A stretch of 64,000 bases of DNA from Antedon mediterranea (GCF_964355755.1 NC_092676.1:3883888-3947887); one strand, 5' to 3'. Numbered from the stretch's first letter, positions 39,743 to 58,401 are shown. Notes: generated from the letters alone by a model not told the origin. Program-made: numbers and translations.

Positions 39743-42630
39743 AACAGGGAAAATCGAAAAGGAGGTGGTGTTGGCTTGTTTATTTCAAATACTATAGAGG
39801 TCAAAACAAGAACCGATTTGAAAATTAATTTCTGTGAATGTCTGTTTATTGAGATAATTGAAAAAAAGTGTAAAAATGCAATTGTTGGTACTGTCTACAG
39901 ACCACCAGACATGAAAATAGATGTTTTTAATGATTCACTTGAAGATGTCCTCACTGCTATAGACAAAGAAGGTAAACCATGTTATATCAGGGAAGATTTT
40001 AATATCAATCTGCTTAAACATGTAACATGCAGTGATGTAAATGATTTTATTGAAATAATGATGTCTCACTCGTTTTATCCATCTATATCCAAACCAACTA
40101 GAATACAAGATCAGTCAGTAACACTAATTGACAACATATTTTCAAATACAATTTCCGAAAAAGTTCTACTGTATCTGGTATACTAGTCTCGGACATTTCC
40201 GACCATTTACCAGTATATCAAATAACTCACTCTGCTTCGTCTTCCCACGTAAACACGCACATGAATAAAGGCACCTCAGTCTCATGTGACACGTATATAG
40301 TTAACAATAGAAATATTATGAAACTAAATAGTGATTTATTAAGTGCAGAGTAGCTTGGAGTATATGAAGCGACTGATCCAGAAATCGCTTATAATGATTT
40401 TCTGGATAATTTTAAGTTTCTATATAACAAACACCTTAAAAAAACTGTAAAGTCATCAAAACAGTATGACAAATTCAAGCAGCCCTGGATGAGTTTTGGG
40501 TTACTAAGGTCAAGTAAAAGAAAGCATGTACTGTATAAAAGGTTCATAAAACACCCTACTGTAAAAAACAAAAATACGTATAAAGAATTTAAAAAAGCTT
40601 TTGCACGCACGTGCAAAATCGCCAAAAAGATGTATTATGAAAATCTTTTCAATCGAACAAATGGTAATATTAAAAAAACATGGAATGTTATAAATGATGT
40701 AATTGATCCGAATAAACGAAAAACTAAAGTTCCATCTTCTTTTACACATAGCAATGAAACTATACATGGTTGCGAAAATGTTGTAAATCATATTAATGAT
40801 TATTTTATTAATGTAGGTTGTAAGGTTCGAGACAATATTGAGTCTACTACGACAAAATATTCTGAATACCTCACAAACAAACAACGCAACTCAATGTTTT
40901 TTTGCTATGTTGATGAGGAGGAGGTACTAAAAGTTATTGAATCTCTCGATTCAAACAAAGCCCCCGGATTTGATGACATTTCAGCAAAAGTTGTAAAGGA
41001 AGTAAAATACAATATTTTAAAGCCGCTGACATATATTTTTAATTTATCACTTCAAACTGGACTAATACCAGGGAAGTTGAAAATTTCCAAAGTTGTTCCC
41101 ATACATAAAAAAGGGGACCGCCATTTGGCCTCAAACTATCGTCCCATATCGCTGTTGCCCATTTTTTCGAAAGTTTTTAAAAAGATTATCCATAATCAAT
41201 TATACAATTATCTTACAAAATGTAAAGTGTTAAGCAACAATCAATATGGATTTAGAAACAAACACTCAACTTCTCATGCTATGATCGACTTGGTCCATAA
41301 AATATTAAATGCATTTGAAAAAAAGGAATATGCACTTACTACCTTTATGGATTTGTCAAAAGCGTTTGACATTATCGATCGCAGTATTCTGTTGAGCAAA
41401 TTGGCGCATTATGGTATAAGAGGCATCGTTTTAATGTGGTTTAGAAACTATTTAAGTGGCCGCAAACAATATGTTTATGCCAACGGTAGATCATCATGTT
41501 TAAAAGACACCAATATAGGGGTGCCACAGGGTTCTGTTTTAGGACCACTTTTGTTTTTAATTTACATCAATGATATAAGTCGAGCAAGTAGTAAAATAGA
41601 TATAATTAGTTTTGCTGACGACACAACTTGTATAACAAGGGGAGATGACCCTACAATGTTAAACCATACTATGAATATTGAACTAGAAAAAATAAACGTA
41701 TGGCTTAAAGCAAATAAGCTGTTACTGAATGTCAGCAAAACTAATTACGTTGTTTTTTGAACTAACCAAAAGAACTTTGACAAAAACCAGTTTAAAATAA
41801 AAATGAATAATGTGTTATTACATAGAAAAGAAAATGTGTGACATTTCTAGGTGTAATTTTAAACGAAAATCTTAACTGGAAACATCACATACAGCTTATT
41901 AGGAAAAAAATGTCTAGGGCAATTGGTATACTTTTAAAAGTAAGAGAATTCTTTCCTCATAAAGTCCGTATTAGTCTTTATAACACCTTAGTATTACCTC
42001 ACCTTCAGTATGGTAACTTAATATGGGGAAATACATACAAGAGCACGTTAGAAGGAATACTAAAACTCCAAAAGAGAGCTGTAAAATGCATTACCTTCTC
42101 TAAATCCAGACAAGCCTCAGAGCCACTGTTTAAGAAACTAAAAATATTAAATGTTTATGATATTTACAAACTAAACGTCATAGGATTTATGGCAAACGTA
42201 AAATTCAATGAATTACCACATCACATTTTAAATATTTTTAATTACTGTGAAAGTATTAGGCCTACTCATAACCTCAGAACAGAAACTGAATTCGAAATTC
42301 CCTTCACAAGACTAACTTGCAGTCAACAGTTTATACACATATAGGCCCATGGACCAAAATTGTGGAAAGAATTCACTTGTAATGGTGGTAATAAACCGGT
42401 TATCTTAAAGAAACAAAATAAATGTATAAAAAAACAGGTTAAAAAATACTTTTTATCACTATATGCTGATTAACAACACCTTTGTTTATTTAAGTTCTAT
42501 ATACTTGTTCTTATGTAAAAGGGTCCTACAAAAAAACGAAGCTACAGCTTTTTTATGCAGGATCCCTGTTCTCAGTTGTACTGTAATTATGATGTACTGT
42601 AATTGATGACTAAATAAATGTGAAAAAAAG
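39740..42630 (+). mobile_element. Decayed LINE (CR1/L2 group): APE endonuclease + RT ORF2, 5'-truncated, in SULT intron 1
   Basis: APE motifs GGGVGLF, YRPP, DFN, IDNIF and SDHLP; RT motifs NYRPIS, DLSKAFD, GVPQGS and FADDT. Frameshifts near 40160 and 41837, stops at ~40351 and 41758. 3' hairpin at 42521-42566 and an AATAAA tail. Confidence 0.93.
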
Positions 42631-43299
42631 TAACATTACATGACATTTAACCATCATATCTTATAACTGAATAAAAAATTAACCGAGCCCTAATCCGTTT
42701 ACTGAAGATAGTATTCCTATTAATAAGTTTATATTTATGTAACATATAAATCAGAAAAAATGTTTAAACAAATTAAATGTACACACATATTATTTATAAC
42801 AGAATATCGTAATAAAAGTTAGCCGCATAAAAGACACCAATAAGTTTATTTTATTTAAAAGACGATAAATAAAAAAATAAAAACTCACCCGTGCTCTTCA
42901 CGAGAGTGAAAATTTGAGGTTTGATTAAAATTACAATAACAATCGCTACATACAATTGTTAAAGAATACCAGTGAAAAAATTTTATTTTTCTGACCTAAG
43001 ACATCTTGTAATAACGGATGTGATATTAATTATTATTATAGGCCCTGATTATAATAATGTACGGTAATGAGATTCAATCTATAAGGTCTAATCAACAGGG
43101 CAAGATTGTGAGTAGGCCTATAATATGATATTAATAATTAATTTGATGGAAATCGATTGTATTTTTATAGCCAATGTGTATTAATTATGGCATGTATATT
43201 CATAAAGCGAAGAATATTTTTTCTTTATCATCTAAAAGAGTTTTAAACGGCTTATATTGAAAAGGTAATAAAACTTAATTCCATTTCATTTGATCTTCT

Positions 43300-43320
43300 T
43301 GCCACGTGACGGATAGGAAG
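43300..43320. promoter_or_regulatory. GCCACGTGAC bZIP/bHLH-type site in the divergent SULT-TFG promoter region
   Basis: Motif match only. Confidence 0.3.
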
Positions 43321-44358
43321 TTTAAAATTTGATAATTTGTCAGCTGTCTTGATCATAAAAAAAATATGTTATTGTTAGTAGTGTACAATATTGTGAATAT
43401 ATTGTACTACTGACTTTATTAATTTACAGCCGGTAGAGAACGTGGACGTACAGATGTAAATTGCTAACATTACTTCACGTGAAATGTTTTATATTAACAG
43501 CAAAATATCCTGGGCAATATTAAACATTTATACATAGGTTTACTTTCGGAATTTGTAGTCTGAATAAAATTATATACTAGACATTTAGAATCTTGCTAAA
43601 ATCTTTAGTATTATTACTAACTATACCAAGCTGTATTATTTTGTTTATATTGGGGGCGCTTTAATGTTTATTTAACCAGAGCCATATATATATATGGCTC
43701 TGTATTTAACTTCAAACTCTTTAAGCCCATCAAAATTAAAATTTAATTTTCAAATAAATTTTGCACCATTATGTAATGATTCTACTCGTTTAAATTATAG
43801 TCTAATATAATTAAATCATTTTTTTATAATTAAGGTAAGAGTAATAAAGACAATAATTTATATAAGGTTTGGGATTTTTAAAGAAAATATAATTTTGAGC
43901 AAGCTAGGGAGTTCTCCACGTTCACGAGACCGGGTTTGACCACTGGTTTTTGGGTGTGAAAACATAGTTTCTGTTCGAATAAAATTCAGACTGTTAACGC
44001 TTTGTAAGTAATACTTTTATTTTTCATTATTACAAAGCAGTAAACAAATATTCATGTTATGTTAAAAAATATTTTTATTTTGTTATAATTACTTAGTAAT
44101 TTGTTAAATAAGGCTAGGCCTAGAATCCGTATTTGACGACCCTCTTTAATCTACACGTCACTGCGACTGAACAGACTGAACGACCATAATAAACTCGAGC
44201 GGGATATGCCTGCCTAAAGTAGCACAGGCCTAGTCTAGATTTTGACAGTTAGATATAGGCTGCTGTGTTATGTTTATTTATTTTATATAAGTTTACTGTA
44301 TATTATATAATTATAAGTAAAAATAACAAACACATTTTTTAAAATTTAAATTTAGAAA

Positions 44359-48859
<4,501 letters not shown>

Positions 48860-49144
48860 AATTATGTGTTTAAAAATTATTGAAAACATTACATGTTGTA
48901 CAAAAGCATTATTGCCCCTATTGTTAGATTATAGTAAGATTGTAGTAGACTTTGTTGATTCTGGCACGCACCACAAATCAAATTGCTTAACATCTGATCA
49001 TGCTCATTGACAAAATTTGCGTTGTGATAGTTGCCATCAAATTCCAAGGCACTGATTGGTTAACATGCACAGACGTTAGATACAGTAGATCCACCATAAG
49101 GAAACACCGTTGAATAAATGAGGGGTTTATATACTTTAACACTA

Positions 49145-49670
49145 CATTCATGGAACACGCCTATAAAGGAACAGTCTCCAAGGCGTCCCCTTTACATTTA
49201 GGGGACACGCCTAGGGACAGCCTCCAAGGTGTCCGCATTACAATCAGGGGGACACGCCTATAATGAGACAGTCTCCAAGGCATCCCCTTTACATTCAAGA
49301 GATACACCTATAATGAAACAGTCTCCAAGGTGTCACCTTTAAATTCAGGAGACGCGTCTATAAAGGGACAGTCTCAAAGGCGTCCCTTTACATTCGGGAG
49401 ACACGCCCATAAAAAGAGAGTAGCCAAGGTGTCGCCCTTTACATTCATGGGACGCGCCTATAAAGGTGTACAAGGTGTCCCTTTTAAATTCAGGGGACAT
49501 GCCCATAAAGGGACAGTCTCCAAGGCATCCCCTTTACTTTCAGGACACGCCTATAAAGGGACAGTCTCCAAGATGTCCCCTTTACATTCAGGGGGACACG
49601 CCTATAATGAGACAGTCTTCAAGGTGTGTCCCCTTTACCTTCATGGGACGTGCCTTTATAGGGGTTTCTT
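49145..49670. repeat. ~49-bp minisatellite (GGACACGCCTATAAAGGGACAGTCTCCAAGG.GTCCCCTTTACATTCA) downstream of TFG
   Basis: About 10 units. Confidence 0.9.
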
Positions 49671-50183
49671 CTGATAATACCTCATAGTTCTTGTGTTCCA
49701 ACAATAACAAGTTTCAATATTTAGTTTATCATTACACTGATTTAAATTTTGGAATAAAATATATGAAAATTGTAAATAATATTAATATAGTCGTTGGAAA
49801 ATGATTCTATTATTCCAAGTAATGATTACATTGATAATCTTTGTAATACATGTCTTATTTAAATGTTTATACCGAAAATCTTACTTATGAGCATCAATAA
49901 TTGAGTAAAACACATATTTTTTAAATAGGGGTATGTTTATTTTGTCATTTTGGTAGTAAATTCATCCCCAATTTGACATGTATACATTTTCTAACAAACT
50001 TTGCAGATTAAGATTAATAAAATATAATTACCCAGATAGATTTAGTATACTGTAATATAATAGTATGTGGTAAGATAATGATTTTGATTCTGTATGTCTC
50101 TGTCTGTCCGTCTTTTTTTATCTCGTGTTTTCAGACAAGAATGGTTTTGTTGATATTTTACAGTACAATTTATTCTTCTGGTA

Positions 50184-50336
50184 GCTCTATCACATACCAG
50201 ATGTGGATTTATAAGAGGCACATTATGTACATGTGCTCTATCACATACCAGATGTGGATTTAGAAGAGGCACATTATGTACATGTGCTCTATCACATACC
50301 AGAAGTGGATTTAGAAGAGGCACACTATGTACATGT
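50184..50336. repeat. 51-bp tandem repeat x3
   Basis: CTCTATCACATACCAGATGTGGATTTAGAAGAGGCACATTATGTACATGTG units. Confidence 0.92.
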
Positions 50337-51132
50337 TATTGTTCATGCCGTTCGCAAGAGCCGACACCATACCCCTTTATACACAATGCTGGATCCCTAC
50401 ATACATTTTTTTTATGTACACACACAATTTGCTTCACCTTACATTTGGTAACTAAGGGTTTCAAATTTCCACATCCTTATAAATGGTGTTAAAATATTCG
50501 TAATATAGAATAATTATAGTTTTGTTATTTTATTTCATTAAATAAATATTTCATACATCAATGCCACCAATCTGTATCATTTGACTAAACTTGCACATAG
50601 TTTTGAAAAACAGATATTACTCATTTTATGGACTTTCATCATTTTTTTTTACATTAATTTATTGGTTAATTATAAAATTGTGTATTGCTGCTTATATTTC
50701 ATAAAATTTAGTTCATTAAAATGAATTATGTAATGATCTTATTTTTGTCATTTACTTTGCTTTTCACATACCTTGAATTTACATAAAAATAAAGTTGAAA
50801 AATACTTCCATTGCATTTTAATAATTATTTTTTTCAATATTGTTTATTGTGTACAATTAAAAACTGAAAAGTTTGGTTAGCAGGAAATCTTTCTATTTTT
50901 AATTGCATAATTAAGTAATTTTGATATACCCTGTACTAGTATTGTTTATCTATTATGACTATAGCTAAATACATTGTACAATTTTTTTTTTAAATTGCAT
51001 TAATGAGTTTTCTGAGCCATTGTCTATTTTGATATTTTGGATAGTGTACACTTACAGACCTGAGGAAACTCTTAGTTTGCAAAAAAAAAAGTTTCATAAA
51101 GTCTCTTAGTGACTTGATTAGGAAACATTTAA

Positions 51133-51203
51133 GCATATCACTACCATATTTGGGCACATCACACCTTTTTTTGTCAAACTAGTTTGATAGTGTAGACAGA
51201 GCT
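51133..51203. mobile_element. Half MITE A in the FAAP100 3' UTR
   Basis: One TIR plus internal unit. Confidence 0.75.
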
Positions 51204-51227
51204 TTAAGCCTAATCATTGTTTTTATG

Positions 51228-54200
51228 TCAAATCAGTTGACTCCTTGCTTTTACGTAAATCTTCATTTGTTCATTCACGTCTTGTTGACTGTGTGTCTGT
51301 GAAGTACCTTCCGGTATTCTGCTTTTCAAAATTTCAATTTCATCACAAATTTCCTGTAATTAACAACAAAAGTACAATTAAAATACAGACTCTGGTGCTT
51401 TTGATTTGGACCTATGCATGTTGTGTCATTGGTTGTTGCAAAGCCGATTTTCCATTAGGCGAATTTGTTCACCGAATCCAACGTTTTGAAGAGAAAAAAA
51501 TTGCCTACTCTCTTTCCACTACATGCGCAAATAACTGCAATGTTCATGTTCCTAGCATGGCTACTGAGCATTTCAATTCGCATGAGTGCTTATGAAAGCA
51601 TCATAGCCTATTTCCTGATTGGTTGCACAATATTTCGCTTCGCAAAAAGTAGAAACAATACGAACTAGTAAATTTCGCTGAAGCGAAAAATCAAAGGAAC
51701 TAGAATTCGTCAAATGACAGACAGAAACTCGAAAGCGCATAGCATGGCACTTTTGATTCACGCAAACACATTCGCCTAGTGGAAAATCGGCTTTAGAATC
51801 CACCAAAACTGATTGTTTGAAGAATAGTGTCAGGAAGCACAACCTGTATGTGCACAATGAATTCACATCACTTGTTCCTAGGTTTAATTACTACTACATT
51901 CAATCAATTACTTTAATTAAAGGTCATTCATTAGAATTCTGTATACCTTTAAGTTGTTGATCTTGGTTTCAAACTCGTCTGATGTAAAAGGTTTGCTTGT
52001 ACTTTGTTGTAAGCAGCTCTAAAAAAGAAAAGTTAGTTGTTTTATCGATAAATCTGTGGACATGGCAGAGATCTTTAGGACATTAAAACGTTGGTATTTT
52101 AACCCAGGGAGGTATACAATTATTTTATACCTCCCTGTTTAACCTACCTGAAAAAAGTAAGTAAGGTTTGCAAACATTTAAACAACAATGTATTATCAAA
52201 ACATTTTTATTAATTATATTACTGGAAAAAAAAGTAATGAAAACTAATGACAGGGTCTCACCATCATTTTTAAATGAATTGCCATGACAACGTGCGACAA
52301 CACTTGTAACTGATCAGATTTCAAAGTGATTGACACCTCTTCTCCCTTCATTGACAACATAAATATCACACGAAAGCCTTTAGGACTTTCCGTTGTCATG
52401 GTGGCCTGGTTTACGCATACCCCAGGCGGGACGAGGTGGGTTGCAGGTAAAAGCCATCGAAACACCTTTTCATAATTTAAATCACCTAAAAAATTAGATT
52501 AGATATGAAGAATTTATATTTTTCATTTGAACTTAGTTTCCTCAAATAGTTTCTGCTTAATTTATATTGTTGCGTAATTGTTAAGACACGAAATATACCT
52601 TCTGAAGCAATTATCTGGCAAAGGTTAAAGGTCTTGAAATGTAGGACGATTGATACATTTTCTGCCCCCACATGTTGAAACTTTGGGTTAGACTTTTTCA
52701 TCCAGTCATCATTTTTGGTATTAGCCTTGTATGTTCCAGAATTTGTTTGAAAGAATTTAGCAACATTAAATGAGTTTCCCATGTATTGTGGTGTCAAAGG
52801 TTGTAGAACATCTAAAAGGTCAAAGTGCATGTCATTTAAGGGAATACTAATGCTATCAGCATGAAGGTTGACCTTTGACATCCTGGTTTGTTTTGGATCA
52901 AGTTGTGCTACCAAATTGGAAGCATCGAAATGCACTGCCATCGAAATATCAATCGGAAGGTTGATCCTCTCTTCTGTTAAATTAAACTTTAACCTTTGTG
53001 TCTCGCCAGGGTGAAACACTTTTAAAGGTATTGATTCACTAAACATAATGTTGCGCTGACCACTTTGTGAGAACCAATCATGCTCTCCGTTTAATGTGAC
53101 ATAAAATGACCAACCACAACTCATTGTAAACAAACTGCGATTGGTTATTTCACATAAAATACTTAATTCTTTTCTGTTTCCCTGATCATCAATATTTAAA
53201 TGAGCATTAGATGGGAAAGACTGTTTTCTAGATGATGATCTTTCACTACAAAGATGACAAGCTTTGTTTAATTCCACAAGTATGGCATTATGTAGCTCGG
53301 AATTATTTTTCATTGTACTCATTTCTGTTGCCAAATTGTTGATAGCGCTTAAAAGTTCCTGTATCTCCTTCCCAGCGGAACTAGCCGAATGTGGTGCGCC
53401 GATAATTCCTTCCGGAATTCGCAGTTTAGCAATATTTCCTTTTGCTGTAAGCAGGAAAACATTCCCAAGTGGTGAATCTAGAAAAGAATTATTATATATG
53501 TGTAAACATTACAAACTTATTTCATTCAAATTTCCTGTCATTGGTGAAAAAAGTGGTTAATGTGGACAAAATTGTTAAATATTGGAAAGAGGCTCTAAAA
53601 AAAATAATGTGATAGTCTTGATTAGTCTAGGTGGGCTTAGAGATTGGTCAGATATATATGGTCGCTGAGTTTTTGCTTCGGTTAGGTTGATTCTGAGGAA
53701 TAGACTTAGACCCTTTGATTTGTTCAGTCTGGGGCAAAATATCACATCTAAGCCATTTATCCCCATGGTAGTGATTTTATATATTTTGAATTTTTAAACG
53801 AATGCTTTATGTACCATGTTGAGATTGGTTGTGAAAGACATCCGATATTGCAACAACTTGATTGACACCCAGGTCATTTGATGACAACATATCTGATAAA
53901 CTTTTCTGGTCTGAAGTCTGTCTCTTAAGATGTACCTGCAGCAACTGGTTGCCAGTTGAGTACATCAACATATCTGGTGAGACTTTGACCACAGATAATA
54001 CTGGTTCTTGAATATAACATTCCTGGAACATGGTGATATTTTCCCCGCTGTTACTCTTCAATCCAATGGTAACTAATTTCCCTTCTGTTCCCAAGAGCAT
54101 CAAATTGTCTTCTTTTTTCCGAGTCTCATCAACTCGTATTGCGCAAACGAAAGCCAAAGGCTGGTATAAATTATATAAAATCTTTTTATTTGACGCAGGT

Positions 54201-55394
54201 GTGTTCGTGAAGGTGGTAACATCTTTAAACGGCATGGTGACAATCGTACCATCTGGAAGGCCTATGAGGACTATGTTCGATCCCATCATGTTGTGCTCCG
54301 GACTAAATATCTCATTGAATAACTCATCTTTTATAATGACCATATTTGGCAACGGGCAAGAAGTTCCTATGGTTTCTGATTCAACACAGTACATTTTGCA
54401 TTGATGCATGTCGTTTGACCTTTGACATTTAAATATCCTTTCACATGTATGTTCAAAGTGTATTTTGTTATCATACGAATTGTCATTTTTCTGTTGAAAT
54501 ACTTTTATCATTATATCATTGTCATCTGTAATAGATGCAGTGAATAAGCAACCACCAACAGTCAACACGTTAACTAAATTTGTAATTTTCAATATAACGG
54601 CGCCTTCGTCTAATATCAAAACATCTTCAGCTGAAGAACTCTTCGTCTCATCGTCGTCCAAAAGTCCTGCAAATATATCTTCTGTTGAGTCAGATTCTGA
54701 GGTTGCCTTAACAGGCAGTCTGAAACAAAAGAAAAATTATTAAAAATAAACAAATGCATTCATTTGGCATACCATTTTTTTTTTAAGATTCTGAAATTTA
54801 TTTAATATTTAACTAATAAATACTAAGTCTTTTAAACAACACATAGAAACTTACTTTTTGTTGATAATATCTTTGATATTAATTGCACATATTCTTCCAC
54901 CTTCTAACCCACAAATTAATGTTGTCATCGCATTAAGTAATGTTGTACACCAACAGTGACAATCTCCGGGCAGTACACAAGTTGCCTGAAATTACAGAAA
55001 AAAAATGTTATGCCTCCCCTGTCACCTGTGAATGTCAGGAATCCTCCATCAATGAGGGAAATTTAATATAATAATAATGTTGGCTTAATTTATAAACATT
55101 TAATATCTCTAGGCCCACTACGTTTCTATAATCCCTAGGAATGTTTGATAAATCACGGGCCGCTAAGTGAGTCTAACCTGTCAAGGAGTCGTCTCTCTTC
55201 AGCTATATAAATAAATTAGGGAGGCTTAACATATATACCGTGCGTTTTCCCTGTTCGTAAATGTATAATTTAGCTCCGTTGCAGACAACTTGAACATTAT
55301 CATTTTCGACTTTAATCGAGGCTACACATGATTTATTTATTGCTGGTTTAGAACACCGATCAAGCATTTGCAGGGAAATTGTAGATCCCGCCAT
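51228..55394 (-). CDS. FAAP100: Fanconi anemia core complex-associated protein 100, ~830 aa, 7 exons
   Basis: Exons 55394-55239, 54985-54855, 54719-53815, 53477-52599, 52485-52262, 52018-51947 and 51353-51228 (2493 nt, in frame). Motifs LFNEIF..SNIVLIGLPDG, ILYNLYQPLAFV, LGTEGKLVTI, FQECYIQEPV and IQELLSAINNL correspond to recalled vertebrate FAAP100 blocks. Confidence 0.85.
51442..51792. mobile_element. MITE family D (TIR AGCCGATTTTCCACTAGGCGAAT)
   Basis: TIRs; second copy at 60688-60843. Confidence 0.8.
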
Positions 55395-55429
55395 TGTGTG
55401 TGTACCATCAAAATAAAAACATTAAAAAC

Positions 55430-55650
55430 CAAAATAACTTCGCCCGCCACCAGCGGTCAATGAAGTTTTGCTACTTTCTTTTTTGGCGCTTACAAAATTA
55501 AACAGCTTTCAAAAGAAAAATCTTCATCAATCACATTAAACTATTTGAATCACGAACATGTACTTGTGAATGCAGATATCTGAATAATTAAAATAACCAA
55601 ATTAATGTTAATTCTGAGATAAAAAAACGACTTAAATGGTCCAATAAAGT
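55430..55650. promoter_or_regulatory. Compact bidirectional promoter with E2F, CHR-like and CCAAT motifs
   Basis: TTTGGCGC 55482-55489, TTCGCCCGCCA 55439-55449, TTCAAA 55508, TTTGAA 55544, CCAAT 55641; 443 bp between divergent ATGs. Confidence 0.5.
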
Positions 55651-57677
55651 AGGCCTACTAATGGCACGCCTAATTTTTGTCAACAAAACGGCACGTGGAC
55701 CTCCCATGGACTGTCCGGATGCGACGTAGACTAGTACATTGTATTGTCGTCATGTTCGTTTTAATTGTATCGAGAGTATAAACTATAATCTAACTTAAAT
55801 CTCTGTGAGTCAGTATAGTAAGGACAATTTACTAAAAATGGACAACGACTATATCCATATTTCTACTGTTGTTGCTTCAATATGTATCCTTATTACAATC
55901 GTTTGGTTTTTCGCTACCCGGAGAAGCAGCAACACAAGAAGGTGCGTCGTAAAGAGACCCGTTGGTGAAGCTAGCTGCCGAAATTACAATATCGTGAAAG
56001 CGGTATGTATGGGCCTGTGGCCTGACCTACTTCTTGTCGGTCTTTCATTGTTCGGGCCTAGCCATAGATGATATTTATTGGTCTTACATCGTGCTCTTCA
56101 TAATTAAAATGTTTGTTTTTACTTCTAGACAGTACCAAGATTTTCCGGCTGGACACTTTTTGCCACGATATTATCGAAGTGGGTCGGTTCGTCATAGAAA
56201 TGTGTAAAATTAAAAAAGATTTGTTACGCTTGACTTTTAGGTTCTTGGTGGTTTCATATCCTCGGTCACAGCAAGGTATCAAGCTACAATTTTGTCTCGA
56301 TATAAAATGTTTTAATGCAGAAATAGCACGAACGAGTCCTATTACATTTTTTAATTAGGAAAGAAATTTGTGCCAGCTAAAATATTTTTACAGCCTGTAT
56401 ACTATTTGAAAAAAAATGTACATTTTACTAATTTTTTACTAACTGACTATTTCAGCTATTAATAACTATTTGATATAATTTTATTTCTAGCGAAACTAAC
56501 ATATATTTGTTCCAAAATTTGCAATTGGATGATATTCCAACATACCAACCACGATTCCCATTTAGCGGACCAAAAGCTAAAGTGAACGAGAAATGTGCCA
56601 CAGATAATTTGGTTTTAAAGAAACAAAAACGTTCGAGAAAAGAATTCAAGTATCACAGTGTTTCTGAGTTCCATCAAACATACTTTTAAATATTTTTTTT
56701 GTCTCAATATCTAAAACATCATCATTCTCATTACAGTACAGTACACGCACTAACTCAAGGTTCAATAACCAGTACGGTAACATTTTATTTTAGGTGTGGT
56801 GAAGTTACTAGACGTGAGGTAAAAGCCAAACAGATTTTACACTCACTTAAAATTTTTTTTTTTATTATTTCAAATAAAATTTCAAAATATCATTCTTCTC
56901 ATAAATAATTAGAAATGTTCACTAATTACAATAGACACATTGTAGCAATGTAATATATCTTCATATCTAATGGAATGAATAACTTCAGAAATGATTTTCA
57001 TTAGGTCTGGTGAAGTTACACCTTCTGAGGTCGCCGAGGATGCGATTGAAGCTATACAGATGTCAGAAGCACGAGAACCAAAGCTGCGAGCTTTTATTTA
57101 ATACAATACCTTTGAAATTAGACGTGTAAGGGAAACTACCATAGTAAATGCTGTTTAACTTAACTACCATACTAAATACAAAAGGCAAGGATGACTATTT
57201 ACCTTGGATTCTACATACCTGTTCAACTAGTGTAAGCCCTATTTTAAATGTAAGACGTGGTATATGACAATGTATAACAACCAATTTCAAAACTGGCGTT
57301 CTTGGATTAAAAAAGTATAGAATGTGGTACATACCATGGAGTAAAGAATAAGTTGGCTGCAGATGACACGATGTGACACAGGGGAGAAGAATGTTGTTGA
57401 AAAGGTGTAATATCTAAGTGCTCTGATCTTCATGAAATAGCTCGCTATATAAATGTCGCACATTACATTACAAAAAAATTATTCTTTACTCCATTATTTA
57501 ATAATACAGCACAACCCCTACTTTGGGACAAGGGGTAACTTTTGTGTGAAACAAATAGGACAAAGTGGAATATCTGCACTAGGGCTAAATCCTATACATA
57601 GGAAAGCCCTATTAAGGTGACACTTTGTTTATTAGGTCTTGACAATTATCCTCCTCTTATTATGGGCTCTACTTTAA

Positions 57678-57819
57678 AGATGTATTATCCCCCAAAAATA
57701 TGAAAAATTAAGATTAATTAAATCAAACTTTGAATATATTATTTTGTAGTTTTAGTAAAGTTAATCACTTCCATAGAAAAAAGGATAGAAAAATTGTTTT
57801 TCAGAGGGACAATACATCT
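57678..57819. mobile_element. Kolobok-like MITE, internally deleted
   Basis: TTAA TSD and TIRs. Confidence 0.8.
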
Positions 57820-57863
57820 TTAATAGAAAAGAATTAACAGCATTTTATCCTTTAAATACTTAT

Positions 57864-58401
57864 TGTAATATAATGATATACTTTTATAATTAAGAAATCA
57901 ACCTTTGTATTAGAATTCAAATAAGTTCACGAACTTGGCCCAGAAAGTCCAGAGGAGAGTTTGTCCAGATGTTTTAATGTCCATTTAGTTTATAATAGAA
58001 TCCCTAAAGAAAACACTTAGCTTAATTTTGTGACCTTTCCCATCGTTAAACCAGGAGAGATTGACACTATTTAAGTACAGATTTGACAGTGTCATCCATC
58101 ATAGAAATACCTTATTATACCGTTAATCACTTCTACTCAAACACCCCTGGATCAACTTAGGACCAATCAGTATATGCAAATGAACCGAAGCCAATATACC
58201 CCCAAGTTTCAGAAGAGCCCAGACACACCTTACAGCCACCTCACGGAGCACACACTTCACATCTCACCGACAGCATCACTGATCCTCCGTTCCTTATCCT
58301 TAGTTATAGTATATTGTACCGAATCATTATTGCATCAAGTATTATACTGAATAAACAATATATGTGTTACGACAGTTAAGCGAGTAAGAGTCTTCATTAC
58401 A
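57864..58401 (+). mobile_element. Probable solo LTR
   Basis: TGTAAT..ATTACA termini, CCAAT boxes, AATAAA ~50 bp before the 3' end; no matching TSD. Confidence 0.5.

Noticed and set aside
49330-50451. Repetitive ORFs of 61-114 aa
   Set aside because: Translations of the 49-bp and 51-bp minisatellites
51053-51130. Possible alternative FAAP100 last exon with a homopolymer frameshift
   Set aside because: A clean in-frame terminal exon exists at 51353-51228; this segment is 3' UTR
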